A stretch of 64,000 nucleotides of DNA. Origin: Oikopleura dioica (Eukaryota > Animalia > Chordata). How positions within the stretch are numbered: position 1 is the stretch's first letter; each line of letters starts with the position of its first letter. The stretch is taken from assembly GCA_907165135.1 (NCBI GenBank), contig OU015567.1, positions 682,001 through 746,000 of the forward strand, read 5' to 3'. A program made the position numbers and the translations under genes. Of this stretch, positions 30,519-42,861 are shown one piece after another. A model generated the notes under the pieces. That model saw nothing but the letters and a program-made list of their open reading frames with translations, did not search any database and was not told the DNA's origin.

Positions 30519-32240
30519 AAGCACAGTAACCTGAAGAGACTTGAAATAAAACGGGACCTGACTCGCCTGTACTATGACTTCCAATAATTTCCGAGCTTTT
30601 TATTTGATCTCCTTCTACTTCAAGACGTTGGAGTGGATTGCCATAGTTATAACCAGCCACAAGAAAGATAGAATCATTAATTTTGAGCGAAGAATGTTGC
30701 GAAACAGCCTGAAAAATTTTGAAATTTGAATAATATTATTAATAATAATTATAATTGAAGATAAATAACGGCAATACTATTTATGATGATAAATCTTTGA
30801 GCAAACAATTTTTCCGATATATAACTCAATTTAAACAAGCCTAAATAGAGAAAATAATAACGTACGCTTTTAAGTGATCCAGATCGTGACCATGAGTCTT
30901 CAGAAAGGAGCCAAATGTGATTAAGAACTGTGCTTCCGTTTGCGATCCCACCAAGCAAAAGAAGGTTTCCGCTTTCAAGTCCAACCAAAACATGTGCACG
31001 AATATCGCTTATGAAAAATTATTATAAAAAATAATTTTCAAGACGTTTTTAAATTTCAGTAACCTTATTGGAGGGTCTCCAATAACACTCCATCCACTTT
31101 GTGTGAGTGTCTCGACTTTTCTGAGGTCTCCAAAACCATGAGAACCAACTGTTGTCGGTTGATTTTTGTAGATGCCCAGCTTCCCAGATTTATGTCCACA
31201 TATCGTTGAAGAAGCGGGAGAAGAACTCGAACCATCAAAAATTTCGCAATGTCTTTTGTCGGTTCCGTCAGAAAAACAGATGAGAGCTTTAATAAAAATG
31301 ACGACTTTGTTCAACGGTTTTTTATATTGATCTTTACCTCGAGAATCATTTTCAATCGGAAGTGCAGCACTCGAATAATCGATGTCATTGAGAAGTCTGA
31401 CGGATGATTCAACAAATTGACATCCATCAAGAACGGCAATCTTTGTAAATTGATTACAATTTTTCGCTCAATCAAACCTTTTTCTTGTCAGAATCACCAC
31501 CAAAAATAAAAAATTGATTTTCAATAACCGCATGTTGTGCATTTTTAGCATAATTATCCGCAGGAGCTGAGATTTTGCGGAAAGTTGTGAGCTTCCGTCT
31601 CCCGAGATAACGTATGAGTCTGTGATCGAGTAGCGTACAACAAGAATGAACATTCCGTTCTTCAAAATATACTTTATTTAAGAAGAAATAGTTACAAACT
31701 ACCGGATCAGACGGATGTTGAGTAGTTGGAGAGACAGTCGAGGTCCCTGATCCCTAGAAGCCAATTGCGAAAAATTCATTCCGATTTAGAGAAACCTGAG
31801 ACTGAAAGCAAGGACAAGAAGCCATTCTTTCTTGATGTCCAGAACAGCAAGTTTCATGACAAAGTCCCGTCGGTTCACAAATTTTCATGCAGGAAGTCTT
31901 AATGCAAATCAGCTCACTGATAACTTTAAATCAAACCAGCTCATCAAGAGAGTCATTGAGACATGATTTGTACTCGGCATTGTTTTGCTCCGCATCTTCG
32001 CATTGTCCGAGACATAAGGGGTGCTCACCGCATTCCACGCATCCAGTTTGGCAGTCACCTCCGCAAGGACACGAGTTATCGCAAGCTTAAAGACTTTCTT
32101 GCCTTTTTATTGTACAAATCGGCTTTACCGGAAAAACTGCTTAGGCAATTCGAGTGACATAAGGAAGAGTCGCATGAGGATAAACAGTCCAGGTATGATA
32201 CTCTGCAACTTGCCAAGCATTCCTCATAGAGAGGCCGATC
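30517..32240 (-). CDS. Cys-rich helical-repeat plus kelch/beta-propeller protein; first exon unresolved
   Basis: ECLASCRVSYLDCLSSC...CPCGGDCQTGCVECGEHPLC, then propeller-like exons (KVETLTQSGWSV, NLLLLGG, IFLVAG) ending PVLFQVSSGYCA*. Confidence 0.6.
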
Positions 32241-32413
32241 GCTATAAATTATATATTATAGCCTATAATATATTTTTAAAATAAGTGTGAACAGTTTTTT
32301 CCATCTTTAGAGGCCCCAACTGAAGAGGACTTAATTATAATAATAATAATTAATAATTATAAAAATTTACAAGCATTTAATTAACAAGCATTAATATCAA
32401 GACCTCATATTAA

Positions 32414-32748
32414 GGACCCCCCCGTCAACAATTTTCGAAAAATCTATTTTCGGAATTTCAAAATTTTGACCCCGGAAATGGATTCTACGGGTAAAAAAAC
32501 GATTTTGAGGCTTCATTTTTTGGGGGTCTATCTCGACTCTAACACCCTCAAAATCGCCTTTGAAAATTGGAGTTTTTGACGAAAAATGATGAAAATGGTC
32601 TATTTTCGCTAGAAAATCAGTTTTTCTTGGGCAAAAATTGCTCCGAACAAGTTTATCTGATGTATTAAACTTCCAGGTACACTCAGAAGCCAAAATATGG
32701 CTGTTCTAAAATTTTCGAGTTTTTGAGGAAAATTGTTGACGGGGGTCC
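32414..32748. mobile_element. 335-bp TTAA-flanked GGACCCCC MITE (Kolobok-like)
   Basis: TTAA at 32410-32413 and 32749-32752. TIR ggacccccc(c)gtcaacaatttt. An inverted copy lies at 52923-53253. Confidence 0.85.
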
Positions 32749-33249
32749 TTAAATCGCTCTTTTGCATACTCACATGCATAACTCATCTCTTTGTCCAAGC
32801 AGTCGGGAAAAAACCGTCGTTCCATAAACTGGATCACTCGGAAGAATACACAAAAGTGCAAAAAACCAAGTAAAAAACATACTTCTGCTCGAATGACGGT
32901 CTTACGAGAGAATCTGCCTGTTTTATCTTGAATATAAACTTTTAAAATGCAAAGTAAATACTATTGCTCGCCGGTTCCGTGATTAAGGACAGAAAAAATT
33001 GACATTTGACACAAGAATCTAAACGAGGAACGATGATATTTATCGTTGATTTTCGCAATTCTGCTCGGAATTTAATTTTATTTAAATTTTAGTTATCATG
33101 CGAATTAAAGCAAAATTCGTAAAGAAATTCTTCTTCAAGGAAAATGAGGGAAACTTGTTCGCCAGACTGAATTTATGATCAGCAAATATCAAGCCAACTT
33201 ACATATTTCTACGCTGTTTTTCTCTCATAAATAAGGGTCAGCTAAGAAA

Positions 33250-34537
33250 ATGGACGGCAAAGAGAACGCAGCTTTTGACCTAGAAGCGCAATATATTCCA
33301 AAAGCGGGGGAAGAACTCGCCGCTGATTCCATATCCATAAATTGCTCCAAGGAACAAGTCGGAAACTTCGATGCAGAGATAAATGCACGAGTTTCGAGAC
33401 GGCGATTGATGAAATCAACGAGGAAGACGAGGAGGGCGCTTTTGATGAGGACAATCGACGATTATTCTTGGTTCAAGTCTGCTTAATCGGTAAATTTTTA
33501 TAAAGTAAAGCAATCTAAAAATAAGTTTTTATCCAAATGGGAACTCTTGCCAATAGAGAATGGTGGCTCTATTGGGTTCTCATAACTTCTTGTCTTCTAC
33601 TTCTCTGGTTCGTTTCTGGATATTTTTGCTGCTGCGAGCATGTCATGAGAAGAAAGCCTGCACCTGTTATTCTCCATCCAATCGTCACTTAAATCGTGAC
33701 AGTCCTTTTTGTTTCGATCGCATTGCTTTCATCTGGAATTTTTCTTGGTATGATCGACGATTCGACCGAGTGCGAGGTCAAAACTTATTGCGAGTATGAT
33801 TTTTGAGAAAATATTCATGAGCTTAAAAATTTAAGAGCGGCGAAATACGATTGCTCGAGCGGAAAATATACGTCAGATGAAATGGAAAAATGGTGCGAAA
33901 AGGCGAATTCCTGCGTTCAAAATACTTTCAGTAAATGAAGCTTCAAGCTCACATAAAATTGGACGAAATTCAGCGATCATGGTTTTTGCTGAAGCTGGAG
34001 TGGCTCTGAATTTGATCATAAGTGTCATTTTGATGATGTTCCTTAATTTTGATATCATTAAAAAGAAGAATATCACCTTGATCATCTATCTTGTTCTCTC
34101 AGTCCCCGTTGGATTTATCGGATTTGCAATTTTTCCGGTAAATGTTGAGTACTCCATCATCTGGTAATGCTCGGATATTTTACTGATAACGACAATTTCT
34201 AGTGTAATTACAATTTTCCTGTCGACAGTGATCATTTACTGCAATTTCTACTGGATTGTTACAAACAAATACGATTTTACCCCGGAAGACTGGATTTATA
34301 TCGGATCCCATCTTTACACACAGGAAAGATTTCAAACTTTGTTTTCATAATCAAGTTTGATTGGATTTTTCATATCATTTGTAGATTGGGTCATACTTCT
34401 GTTTCTGCTACAAAGCAAACTGCGTCAACGGTCACAGGAAAAAGAAACATGGAAGCGGTGAAGCAGCAAAAAGAGGGGTGGAAAGAAGAGTGAGTAGAAG
34501 GCAAAATCGGAGACGACGAAGAAGAGGACGAAGATAA
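33250..34537 (+). CDS. TMBIM/Bax-inhibitor-1-like multi-pass membrane protein, paralog A
   Basis: Start MDGKENAAFDLE, several TM exons, C-terminal YDFTPEDWIYIGSHLYTQ/IGSYF resembling the family's last helices. Confidence 0.55.
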
Positions 34538-34695
34538 AACAGAATATTTTATGATATTTAATTTATGAGCTCTAATTAAAATCTTATCGCCAACCTGCGT
34601 TCGAAGCTGAATAAAATATATACAAAAATGAAAATTGGTTTATTTGCTCAAATAAATCATCCTTGCAGTTATCCGTTAATTTGAGGAATAAGAAC

Positions 34696-35708
34696 TTATT
34701 TATAAATTGGCACAAAGGGGACAAAAACCGGTACTTTCTCACAGTACTGCTGGTATTCCAACGTTTCTCCCCACTTTCTTCTTCCATTTTCCTCCAACAT
34801 CGGGATTCCGGAAACGAATCGTAGAAGTCCATAAATGAAGAAAATAGACAAGCCGGAAAGAAATTCAGGCCAGTAGGTGAACGACCCAGCAGCGGAAACG
34901 TAGAGGCCACTCCAAAGCAGGACTTCACCAAAGTAGTTCGGGTGGCGGGAGATGCTCCATAAGCCGGTTTTGATGAATTGACCTGAATTAAAATTTATGT
35001 CCTTCAGAAAACCTAGGATTCTGAAGGCCCTAGCCTTAGGCCCCTAGGGAGGGGGGGGTTTGATCCTGGGATACGCAACCTGTCAGAAAACCTGAGTCAG
35101 GGCCTTCTTCAAAACCCTGACTCAGGTTTCTTTTGCCAAGCCCAGTTTTTCTCGCCATATTTTACCTCGTTTAGATTCGTCATTCAGAAATCTCGCCTTC
35201 TGAAAATCGGAAACAGCTTCGAAAATGAACCCAACAAGAAAAATCGCCCATCCAACGTAAGAATACGGAGTTACTTCCGTTTGCGGAGTCCGATTAGCCA
35301 AATACGTCGGGCAGGACATGACGAAGACCCATATGATTTGAAGAATAAAAGGGACAAGAAAAGCGATTGGTGCGTTGTCGTACTTTTCCATTCTAGCGTC
35401 GCCGCGTTTGATTGCTCTGTAGAACAAATACGAGCCGAGGCGGAATGCCCAGAGCATGATACAGCTGCTCTGGAATTTTATTCACAAAGCGTTTTCTTGA
35501 CTTGGAATACCTGGACGATGTTCATAACCGTCAAGTCGGAGTGATAAAGCGAAAGAGCACAGCAAGTCAAGTAAGCGATCGATCCAACGAGATCGTAGGT
35601 CTTGTGTGTTTTAGCCACAGCGGACACTGCCCAACCAGCGATGTTGATATAACAATCCAGCAGAAATAATCTCAGCAAAATATCGAGCGATTGGTATCCG
35701 CCCTCCAT
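34696..35708 (-). CDS. DUF1295 / steroid 5-alpha-reductase-like membrane protein
   Basis: KTYDLVGS, WAFRLGSYLFYR...DARM, FEAVSDFQK, GQFIKTGLWSISRHPNYFGEVLLW, SGIPMLEE. Confidence 0.85.
35066..35145. mobile_element. 80-bp CTGGG...CCCAG CCTGAGTCAGG-family element in a DUF1295 intron
   Basis: aaaacctgagtcaggg...ccctgactcaggttt arms with family termini. Confidence 0.7.
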
Positions 35709-35716
35709 GATTTCTC

Positions 35717-36374
35717 GAGTCACGCTAACTTCCCCAAGACGCTAACTTCCCCAGACGCTAACTTCCCAAAACGCTAACTTCCCCAACATTGTGCAAGTTA
35801 GCGTCTGGGGAAGTTAGCGTCAAAGTTGCCGGTTGCAAAAAATATTTTTTTTCTCGAAATTTTTATATCGAACACTGAATACAGTATTCAGAAATTAAAT
35901 GAGCCATTATTTCTAAGTAATTTAGACAGAGGTTTGAGAATTCAGGCATTTTTTGGGATGAATGTTCTAATAATGACGCTTCGAAATAATCAAAAATATT
36001 TTATTATAAATAATAAGAGCTTAGAAATTTTGAAATCGACTGTCAAAATGAGTGTACTCTCGGAGTACAAAAAATATTATTTCAAAACGTTAAACTAAAT
36101 TTGCTCAAAAGAAATGGAAAATATGACCGCTTTTCACACGGAAAGGTCGAGGTTAGATTCTAAGAGGGAACTGACTGTCTACTAGACTAAGACATGCTCA
36201 GCATTCAGTAAAAGAGCCATTCAACGCTCCACGGATCGCCCACGCACTTTCGACGCTAACTTGCCCAAGACGCTAACTTGCCCAAAACGCTAATTTGCAC
36301 AACCTTGGGGAAGTTAGCGTCTGGGGAAGTCAGCGTCTGGGGAAGTAAGCGTCTTGGGGAAGTTAGCGTGACTC
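35717..36374. mobile_element. 658-bp Mutator-like foldback element with perfect 9-bp TSD and subterminal 16-17-bp tandem repeats
   Basis: TGATTTCTC at 35708-35716 and 36375-36383. Termini gagtcacgctaacttccccaag / cttggggaagttagcgtgactc. Confidence 0.85.
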
Positions 36375-36616
36375 TGATTTCTCTTCTTTCTCTTTCTTTT
36401 GCCGTGATTTTTATGTGTTTCTGCTATTTGAATAGACAAAAGTGGGCGCACCGTTACGTCATCAAGGTATAACTGACAGTATAATGAGAAAATGAATTTT
36501 AAACACAAAGATTCTAGAAGAAATATTAGAGATAAATTATTTCAAATAATTATTTTTTCTTAATAAATTTTTTGAAGTTTTTTTTATTTATATAATATTA
36601 TATTATTAAAAAATCA

Positions 36617-36699
36617 GGGGGTCCCCTAGTTCATCCTTGACTTTTAACGTGTGGTGCCCAAGTTCATCAAAGTCAAGGATGAACAACGGGATCCCCTAT
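36617..36699. mobile_element. About 85-bp hairpin MITE
   Basis: ggggtccc..gttcatccttgacttt / aaagtcaaggatgaac..gggatcccc inverted arms. Confidence 0.55.
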
Positions 36700-37686
36700 T
36701 TTATTAATTATAAGTATCCATGAATTTCTCGTTTCAGACTTGTTAAGGGGTCCCCAACGATTTTTCCGAAATAAGCCATTTTCAAACGGCGCTCACGGCG
36801 TCACGGACTTAGATTTTTCAAAAATTTTCTTTCGTACAACTAGATCATTCTTAGATCTAGTGAAGCGTGTCTCAAGTTTTTTTAAATCCAACCACATTCG
36901 GCGCTAAAGAGCCGAGAAGGTAACCATCTCGCGCAAAATCGCGTTTTTGGGTACTTTTTGACCGAGATTTACTCCAAAAATTTAGGAAACAAATATTTTT
37001 TTTCCTGTGGTTTCTGAAAGGTCTAACGCTTATCTAGTGAAGCGTATCTCAGATTTTTCAAATTCCAAAAAATGATAATGTAACGAAGACGATCAAAATA
37101 ATGTACGATTTTTGAAATTTCAACCATGTGAATTGCCTTCCGGGCATTACCCAAACCCATATTTTCTGGCATAAATAGAAAGTTGAGCTCATAGCCTTTC
37201 TAAAAATATGCCATATACGACCCTTTCACAACTGTAAATATGTAAATATGGTAAATATTATTTTTAACGCATAATTTAAGATAAAAAGTCAATGACGGGC
37301 ATTCTAACGCGATTAAAAGAAAAATTTATCAAATATGTTAATACTTTGTCTCCAGGGTGGATAAACTAGAAATGGCTGTTGGCGAGCGCGAGTGAGCGGG
37401 AGCGGCAGCCCGGAATTTTATGGTGAGCGAGTGAGCATGAGCGCTCGCTCACTCGCTCGCGCTCGCTCGTGGCTCGCGCTCACCATTTTTTCAAACTTTG
37501 GTTGGCGGCAAGAATTGACAAAATAATTGAAAGAATTTCGGTCAAATAACGCAAAATATTGAACAATTTAAAATATATTTATCATGATGTCTTGATGGCT
37601 AACGAGCCTTGTAAACTCCGCTTGGATGATCAAACAGTTTCACCGTCACTGGACCCGTGTGTTCGAAGAACGAATCCCTTTAAAAA

Positions 37687-39633
37687 ATGGAAAGGAAAAT
37701 AATTATTTTACTTTTTGTTTCGTTTTTCATCGGCGTTGGCCTCTCGATCTACCCGCTAATTATCGCATTTCGCAAAGAACAAAAAGAAGTTCAAGAAAAT
37801 GGCCATCTAGGTGATGCAAAACCGATCGGCGCATGGACTCCTACCGAAGAGCGCCTTCATGACAATCTAATTGAAAAAAGAAGCAGCAGAATTTTTCGAA
37901 GTCAAAGCTTTTTATCGCGGAAAATTAACTGATGCAATTATTTCGCCAACACTTCTCCGTAAGTCTATCTTCACCAAAATATCAAATTAATTTTTGTAAT
38001 AAAAATATTTAATAACTAATTTGAACATTATTTAATTTTAAATTAATAATTTATTGAATAAAATGATTATTTAATTATTTATTATCTTATAATGATAAAT
38101 AAATTATTTAATAATAACAATATAATTATTTATTAAATTTTATTATTTAATTTTATTAATTAAAGAATACGAGGCTGCACAAGCGTTTTGCTTGGAAAAG
38201 AACAGTTCCATGCTAGAGATGAAAATCGACACATTCATGCCCATTCCCGACCATATTCATCGACTAACCTTTCTTTATTGGATAAAAGCTGAGTTCTCTC
38301 AAGATCTCGATGGTCTTGAAATCAACGAAGAGTACCGCGAAAAAATTCAAAATGAGCTTGACCGCAGTAAAGCAAGGCCTGGATACATCTTCTTTATGTA
38401 TACAGTTTGCAATCTGCCCAACAAATGCTCATTTTGCTTGTATAATGAACCAACGAACGGCTCAAAATTATATTTGAAAATGATCGTCAGACCACGGAGA
38501 TTTCAAAGATATAAAAGAATCTCTCGGGAGCGGATCCCTCCAATTTGAGCATTTTTAAAGCATAGAAACAAATAGTAGGGAATTTGAATTCGTCTGCGCT
38601 GATAGAGTTTACGAAGATGGAAAAATCCTGGTTCAAGTTGAAGCTGAACCCGATTGTGATGTCTTACAGGTACGAAACAACGGGGGGTACTGAATTGTGC
38701 CGCCCTGCGCCGCCCTGCGCCGCCTTGCGCCGCCCTGCGCCGCCCTGCGCCGCCCAGCGTCGCCCGGTCCGGAACCAATCGACTCTCATTCGACCAAACC
38801 ATGACCTAGGAAAGAGTTCTGAACAAGAGCGACAGAGAGCGAGTTCTCTACCAGAAAATGCACGCGTAAGGGCCTTTGGCCCGTCGCGTGCTCAATAAAT
38901 TAGTGATTTTATGCAAGATCTGAATTTGATTGAGAACTACGAACCTGGCACCCTACATTATAGGTTTTACAAATTTTAACTGTTTGACAATATAAATAAG
39001 TGAGAATAACTAAGTTGACATAAAAAACTTAAATTATGGCCTTTGAAAGACCAAATATCTTCAAACCCGGTGAGGCAGGGCGGCACAGGGCGGCGCAGGG
39101 CGGCGCAGGGCGGCGCAGGGCGGCGCAAGGCGGCGCAGGGCGGCACAATTCAGTGTCTCCCGAAACAACTTGTCATCCTTGCGCAAAGAAATCTATGAGT
39201 TATGAACCGTGAACAATTTTACAATGTTCTTGATAGCTGAACACAACATTTGTGGAGAAGAACAATCTTTTTCTTGGCCCTGATAATAACCCTTTTTGGA
39301 AGCGAGTCGACAACATCAAAGGAACGACTTCCAGGAAAATTCTTTCTGGATACTTCGAAAAAGGTAATCTTCCAAAAACCGAATAAACATTTTGGTCAAT
39401 TTATAATACAAAGGCGGTGAAACTGGCGATATTCCATGGTGCGAAAACAATCCAAATCGTCTCCAGGGTGCATATATTTACGAAAACGAAGTCTATCTCG
39501 GAAACAAAGCGAAAAAGTAAGAATTCGTTTGTTTAATTATTTTATTAAATATTTTCTAAAAGAGCATTTGCAGTTTGTCTTCGCTGATGCTCCTTGCTGG
39601 CTTCAATTATCTTCATCTTCGCGTTTTTTCTGA
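37687..39633 (+). CDS. Hypothetical type II membrane protein, multi-exon; 3' end uncertain
   Basis: N-terminal TM IIILLFVSFFIGVGLSIYPLIIAF and further open exons flanked by GT/AG (e.g. VCADRVYEDGKILVQ, LNTTFVEKNNLFLGP). No family recognised. Confidence 0.4.
38682..39161. mobile_element. 480-bp element with perfect 8-bp TSD and subterminal (GCCGCCCTGC)n arrays
   Basis: GAAACAAC at 38674-38681 and 39162-39169. About 80-bp inverted arms containing about 6 x 10-bp GC-rich units. Confidence 0.85.
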
Positions 39634-39909
39634 ATCATTTTCGTCACTAAAAATCTTTAAAAAAAAACGAAGCCTTTTTTTCCTACAAAAGCAGAAAATG
39701 AGCGTTGCAAGGAAAAAGACAACAGCGCCAAACAACATAACCATTTTTCTCGCTTCTTTGAAATTCTCGATGTCGACTCTCATAAAGCATCCGTCGATAA
39801 AATCGCCGTTGAGGGGATCGAAAACGCTGTCAACATAAGAAAATTCTTCACCAAGTTCATCACAAAAACTTAAAAATTTTTTGAAAAACAAGTTCCAACT
39901 TTTTGACAA
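39613..39909 (-). CDS. Probable last exon of a small single-pass membrane protein
   Basis: MVMLFGAVVFFLATLIFCFCRKKR TM with basic stop-transfer. Upstream exons are not resolved. Confidence 0.35.
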   Translation of the reverse strand: MSKSWNLFFKKFLSFCDELGEEFSYVDSVFDPLNGDFIDGCFMRVDIENFKEARKMVMLFGAVVFFLATLIFCFCRKKRLRFFLKIFSDENDSEKTRR

Positions 39910-39955
39910 AACGTTTTATTCAGAAGCCAAATATTGATTCTCAAAGCTCTTTCAT

Positions 39956-40042
39956 CTAGGCTCGGCAACCTGTGTAGAAAACCTGAGTCAGGATTTGAAG
40001 GAGCTCTTGACTCAGGTTTTCTACACAGGTTGCCGAGTCTAG
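39956..40042. mobile_element. 87-bp CTAG...CTAG CCTGAGTCAGG-family hairpin element
   Basis: ctcggcaacctgtgtagaaaacctgagtca occurs as a perfect inverted repeat. Confidence 0.8.
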
Positions 40043-40362
40043 ACCGTCAGCTTGCAAGAAAAAAGCATTTTTATTTTCCATTTTTTCTATTTTAAATCCA
40101 AAAGAATGAGACCTTTAAACCTTCTCCCAATTTTTCTTCAACAAAAACCATTGTTGACAAATTGACATTTTTGCATCCAGAAAGAAAAGAAAGCATCAGT
40201 TCTCGCTAATTAACGATCATCGCGGATGTCAAGCGATAAATCGTCAAGCAAGAAATTTATTTTTCGCGTTTCTGCCCGCGGCTGATCCAAGCCCGCGTGG
40301 GTGATACGCGCCCTAGAAAAAAAATCGGCCAAAAATAGGCGGTCAAAAAGAGTGCAATAAAA

Positions 40363-41375
40363 ATGACCGAGCCTCTTCTCGCGGAAAATCTGAATGACAA
40401 AGAGATTGAGGAAATTTCGGAAAAGGAAGAGGAAGAGTTGCTGAAAGAAGAAAACGAGCAGGAAAATGAGACTTCCGGAGAACCGACGAATATTTTGGCT
40501 GTGTTTAATATTCCGCTGGAGATTGATGATGATTCTTTGAAGGGAAGGGCTTTTTCTACGGGGTCTCTTTTTCAACCCTTCCTGAAAATTTAGGAAATCT
40601 TTTCGGGAAAGCCCAAAAAAGACACATTTCCAAAAATGGGGAAAACTAACCGACGCTAGAATCGTCAAAGCAGGAAAGAAATCAAAATCCCGTGGTTTCG
40701 CCTTCATCACATTTGCTGATCTAGAATCCGCAAAGAAAGCGAAAGAGGAAGCTCATGAAAGCTCATGGAACGACAAAATGTACGCGAATCTACCAAAAAA
40801 CTAAATTAAAAAGCAATTTCAGAATTCGAGTTGACTATTCGGTCACGAAACGCGGTCACAGTCCAACGCCGGGGGTTTACAAAGGCCATGCAACTGAAAA
40901 ACTTGCTGTTTCGAAAAAAGTAGTGAATTTGGAACCAGGTCGTCCAGAAACCATCATCAGGGAACGATCCATTTCGCCAGGTCGCCCGGAAGTTGCTGGA
41001 AGACCAAAAACGCCGGAGAAGGAAGAAAAGAAGAAACGAAATAGCGAATCAGAATTGCCAGTCAAGCCGGATGTTATTCGCGGCAGAGCGAGGCGAAAAT
41101 CAAGGTCCCGATCGAGGGAGAGATATCGAAGGAAATCGAGAAGCAGATCGAGGGATAGAAGAAGATCCAGATCAAGAGACCGAAGAAGACGATCATCTCG
41201 CTCAAGATCAAGGTTTGCGGCAAATCTTTTTCCTTCTCATCCTCATTTCTTTCTTAGATCTCGAGACAGAAGAAGATCCAGATCCCGCTCCCGGTCCCGC
41301 GATCGTCGAGACCGAAAACGCTCGCGCTCAAGATCGAGAGAGCGCGAACGAGACCGAAGATATAGAAGATATTGA
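40363..41375 (+). CDS. TRA2: Transformer-2-like RRM plus RS-domain splicing factor
   Basis: RNP2 ILAVFNI, RNP1 SRGFAFITF, the TRA2-typical linker IRVDYSVTKRGHSPTPGVYKG, and a long RS tail. Confidence 0.75.
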
Positions 41376-41560
41376 AGATTATTCTTCATGAAAAATAATT
41401 TTTGATTTTTTGCATTCACCAAGTGCCTTGAGACCAAATACCAATAAAATAAGAAACTGCCAATTATGTTTTCTCAATTTCTAGAGCACTTTTGTAGATT
41501 TTGTCTTAGATTGGAAACCTTGATCAGTTTAAATTTTATGAGAGAAAATTTCTTTGAAAA

Positions 41561-42790
41561 ATGGCAATTATTTTGGTGACGATTCTAGCGATTGGCAGGG
41601 GCTATGATTTTATAATTTTGAAAAAAGAAAAATTGAAAAAATCGGCAATTTAAAATCTATCAAAAGTTGTGACATCATCGTTGATTTTCAAATGCAAACT
41701 AGTCCAAGACTATCTCGGCCGTTTTTCCCGCAAATGGGAGCAGAAAAGGATCCTCCAGACGCCTATCAACACGATTCTAGAGTGGGTCCTCGCGGCTCGC
41801 TGCTCTCGACTCGCCTACATTCCACACGAGGAGTTCAAAAAGATCATCGACGAATGCGGCGATTTCGAAAGCTCTTCTTGCAATTTGACCAAAAAATCGA
41901 AGCGAAAAACCGGCCAAATAAAAAACGTTCTGTTTCAATTTGAAAAGCGGACGTTCGAGTACATCAATGACAAGAAAGAAGACACAGATGTTTATGTCTT
42001 TTGCAACAAGCACTTTTTGGTTATTGCGTTTCGAGGGACGGCGTTTACGATGGTCGATGGATTCAGCTTCAAAGATGTGATGCAGGATCTGAAAATCAAG
42101 AAAGTTCCGTTTTTCGGAGGCTTGGTTCATTCGGGCTTTTACAAGCAGTACTCAGGATCGGTTTCGAGAACCCTTCGAATAAATAAATTCCTCGCTTCTT
42201 CAAACCCTTATCAAGCCATTCGCGATAAACTCTTCTCAAAGACCCTCTTCAACCTGGCCGAATACAACCCTCCAAAAATCCTCATCACTGGCCACTCACT
42301 TGGTGGCGCTCTAGCGTCTCTTTGTGCAGTAGATTTTTCAATCTCCCTGGACCAAGTTTTCAGCGACAGAATCAGATGCATAACTCTCGGGGCGCCAAAA
42401 ACTGGAAACTCGAAATTCTGCAGAGTTTTCAGAAAAAATGTGAAAAATGCGCATCGGCTGGTCTTGCCCTTTGATCCCATTCCAAAGGTAAGCGAGTCAA
42501 TTTTTCCTCCAAGAATATCGATACCGCCGTAGATTCCGCCAAATATTCCTGGAATGCAGTACAAACATCCCATCAAAAAAACGCTGCTCCGGAACTACAA
42601 AAACAAAGTCCTCCAAACGATCCCGACGGAAAGTCATCACTACGAGAACTATCTTCAGTCACTTGAACAGACCAAGAAGGAAGTTTACCGTCTGCTTTCT
42701 CTCTCCCCTTAAAATTGATTTCTCTTTAGAAATGCCGCAAAGAAGGTCATGAAATTGAAGAAAATCAACAAGGAAAACTGTCCTCTTTGA
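41561..42790 (+). CDS. Class 3 lipase (Lipase_3); start tentative
   Basis: LVIAFRGT, LVHSGFY, ILITGHSLGGALASL, CITLGAPKTGN, DPIPK. Confidence 0.8.
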
Positions 42791-42861
42791 GTCGAAAATT
42801 TGTCAAATTGCCGAAATTTATGAAAAATAATTTAAATATTTATTTCCTTTTTTTACAAAAA

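Noticed and set aside
35717-36374. CRISPR-like appearance of regular 16-17-bp, 30-bp and 31-bp repeats (also at 30426 and 55118)
   Set aside because: There are no unique spacers and no cas genes, and the context is eukaryotic. These are tandem or subterminal repeats.
38503-38898. ORFs with GGAGRRRAAQ / RPAPPCAA repeats
   Set aside because: They are translations of the 10-bp subterminal arrays of the MITE at 38682-39161.
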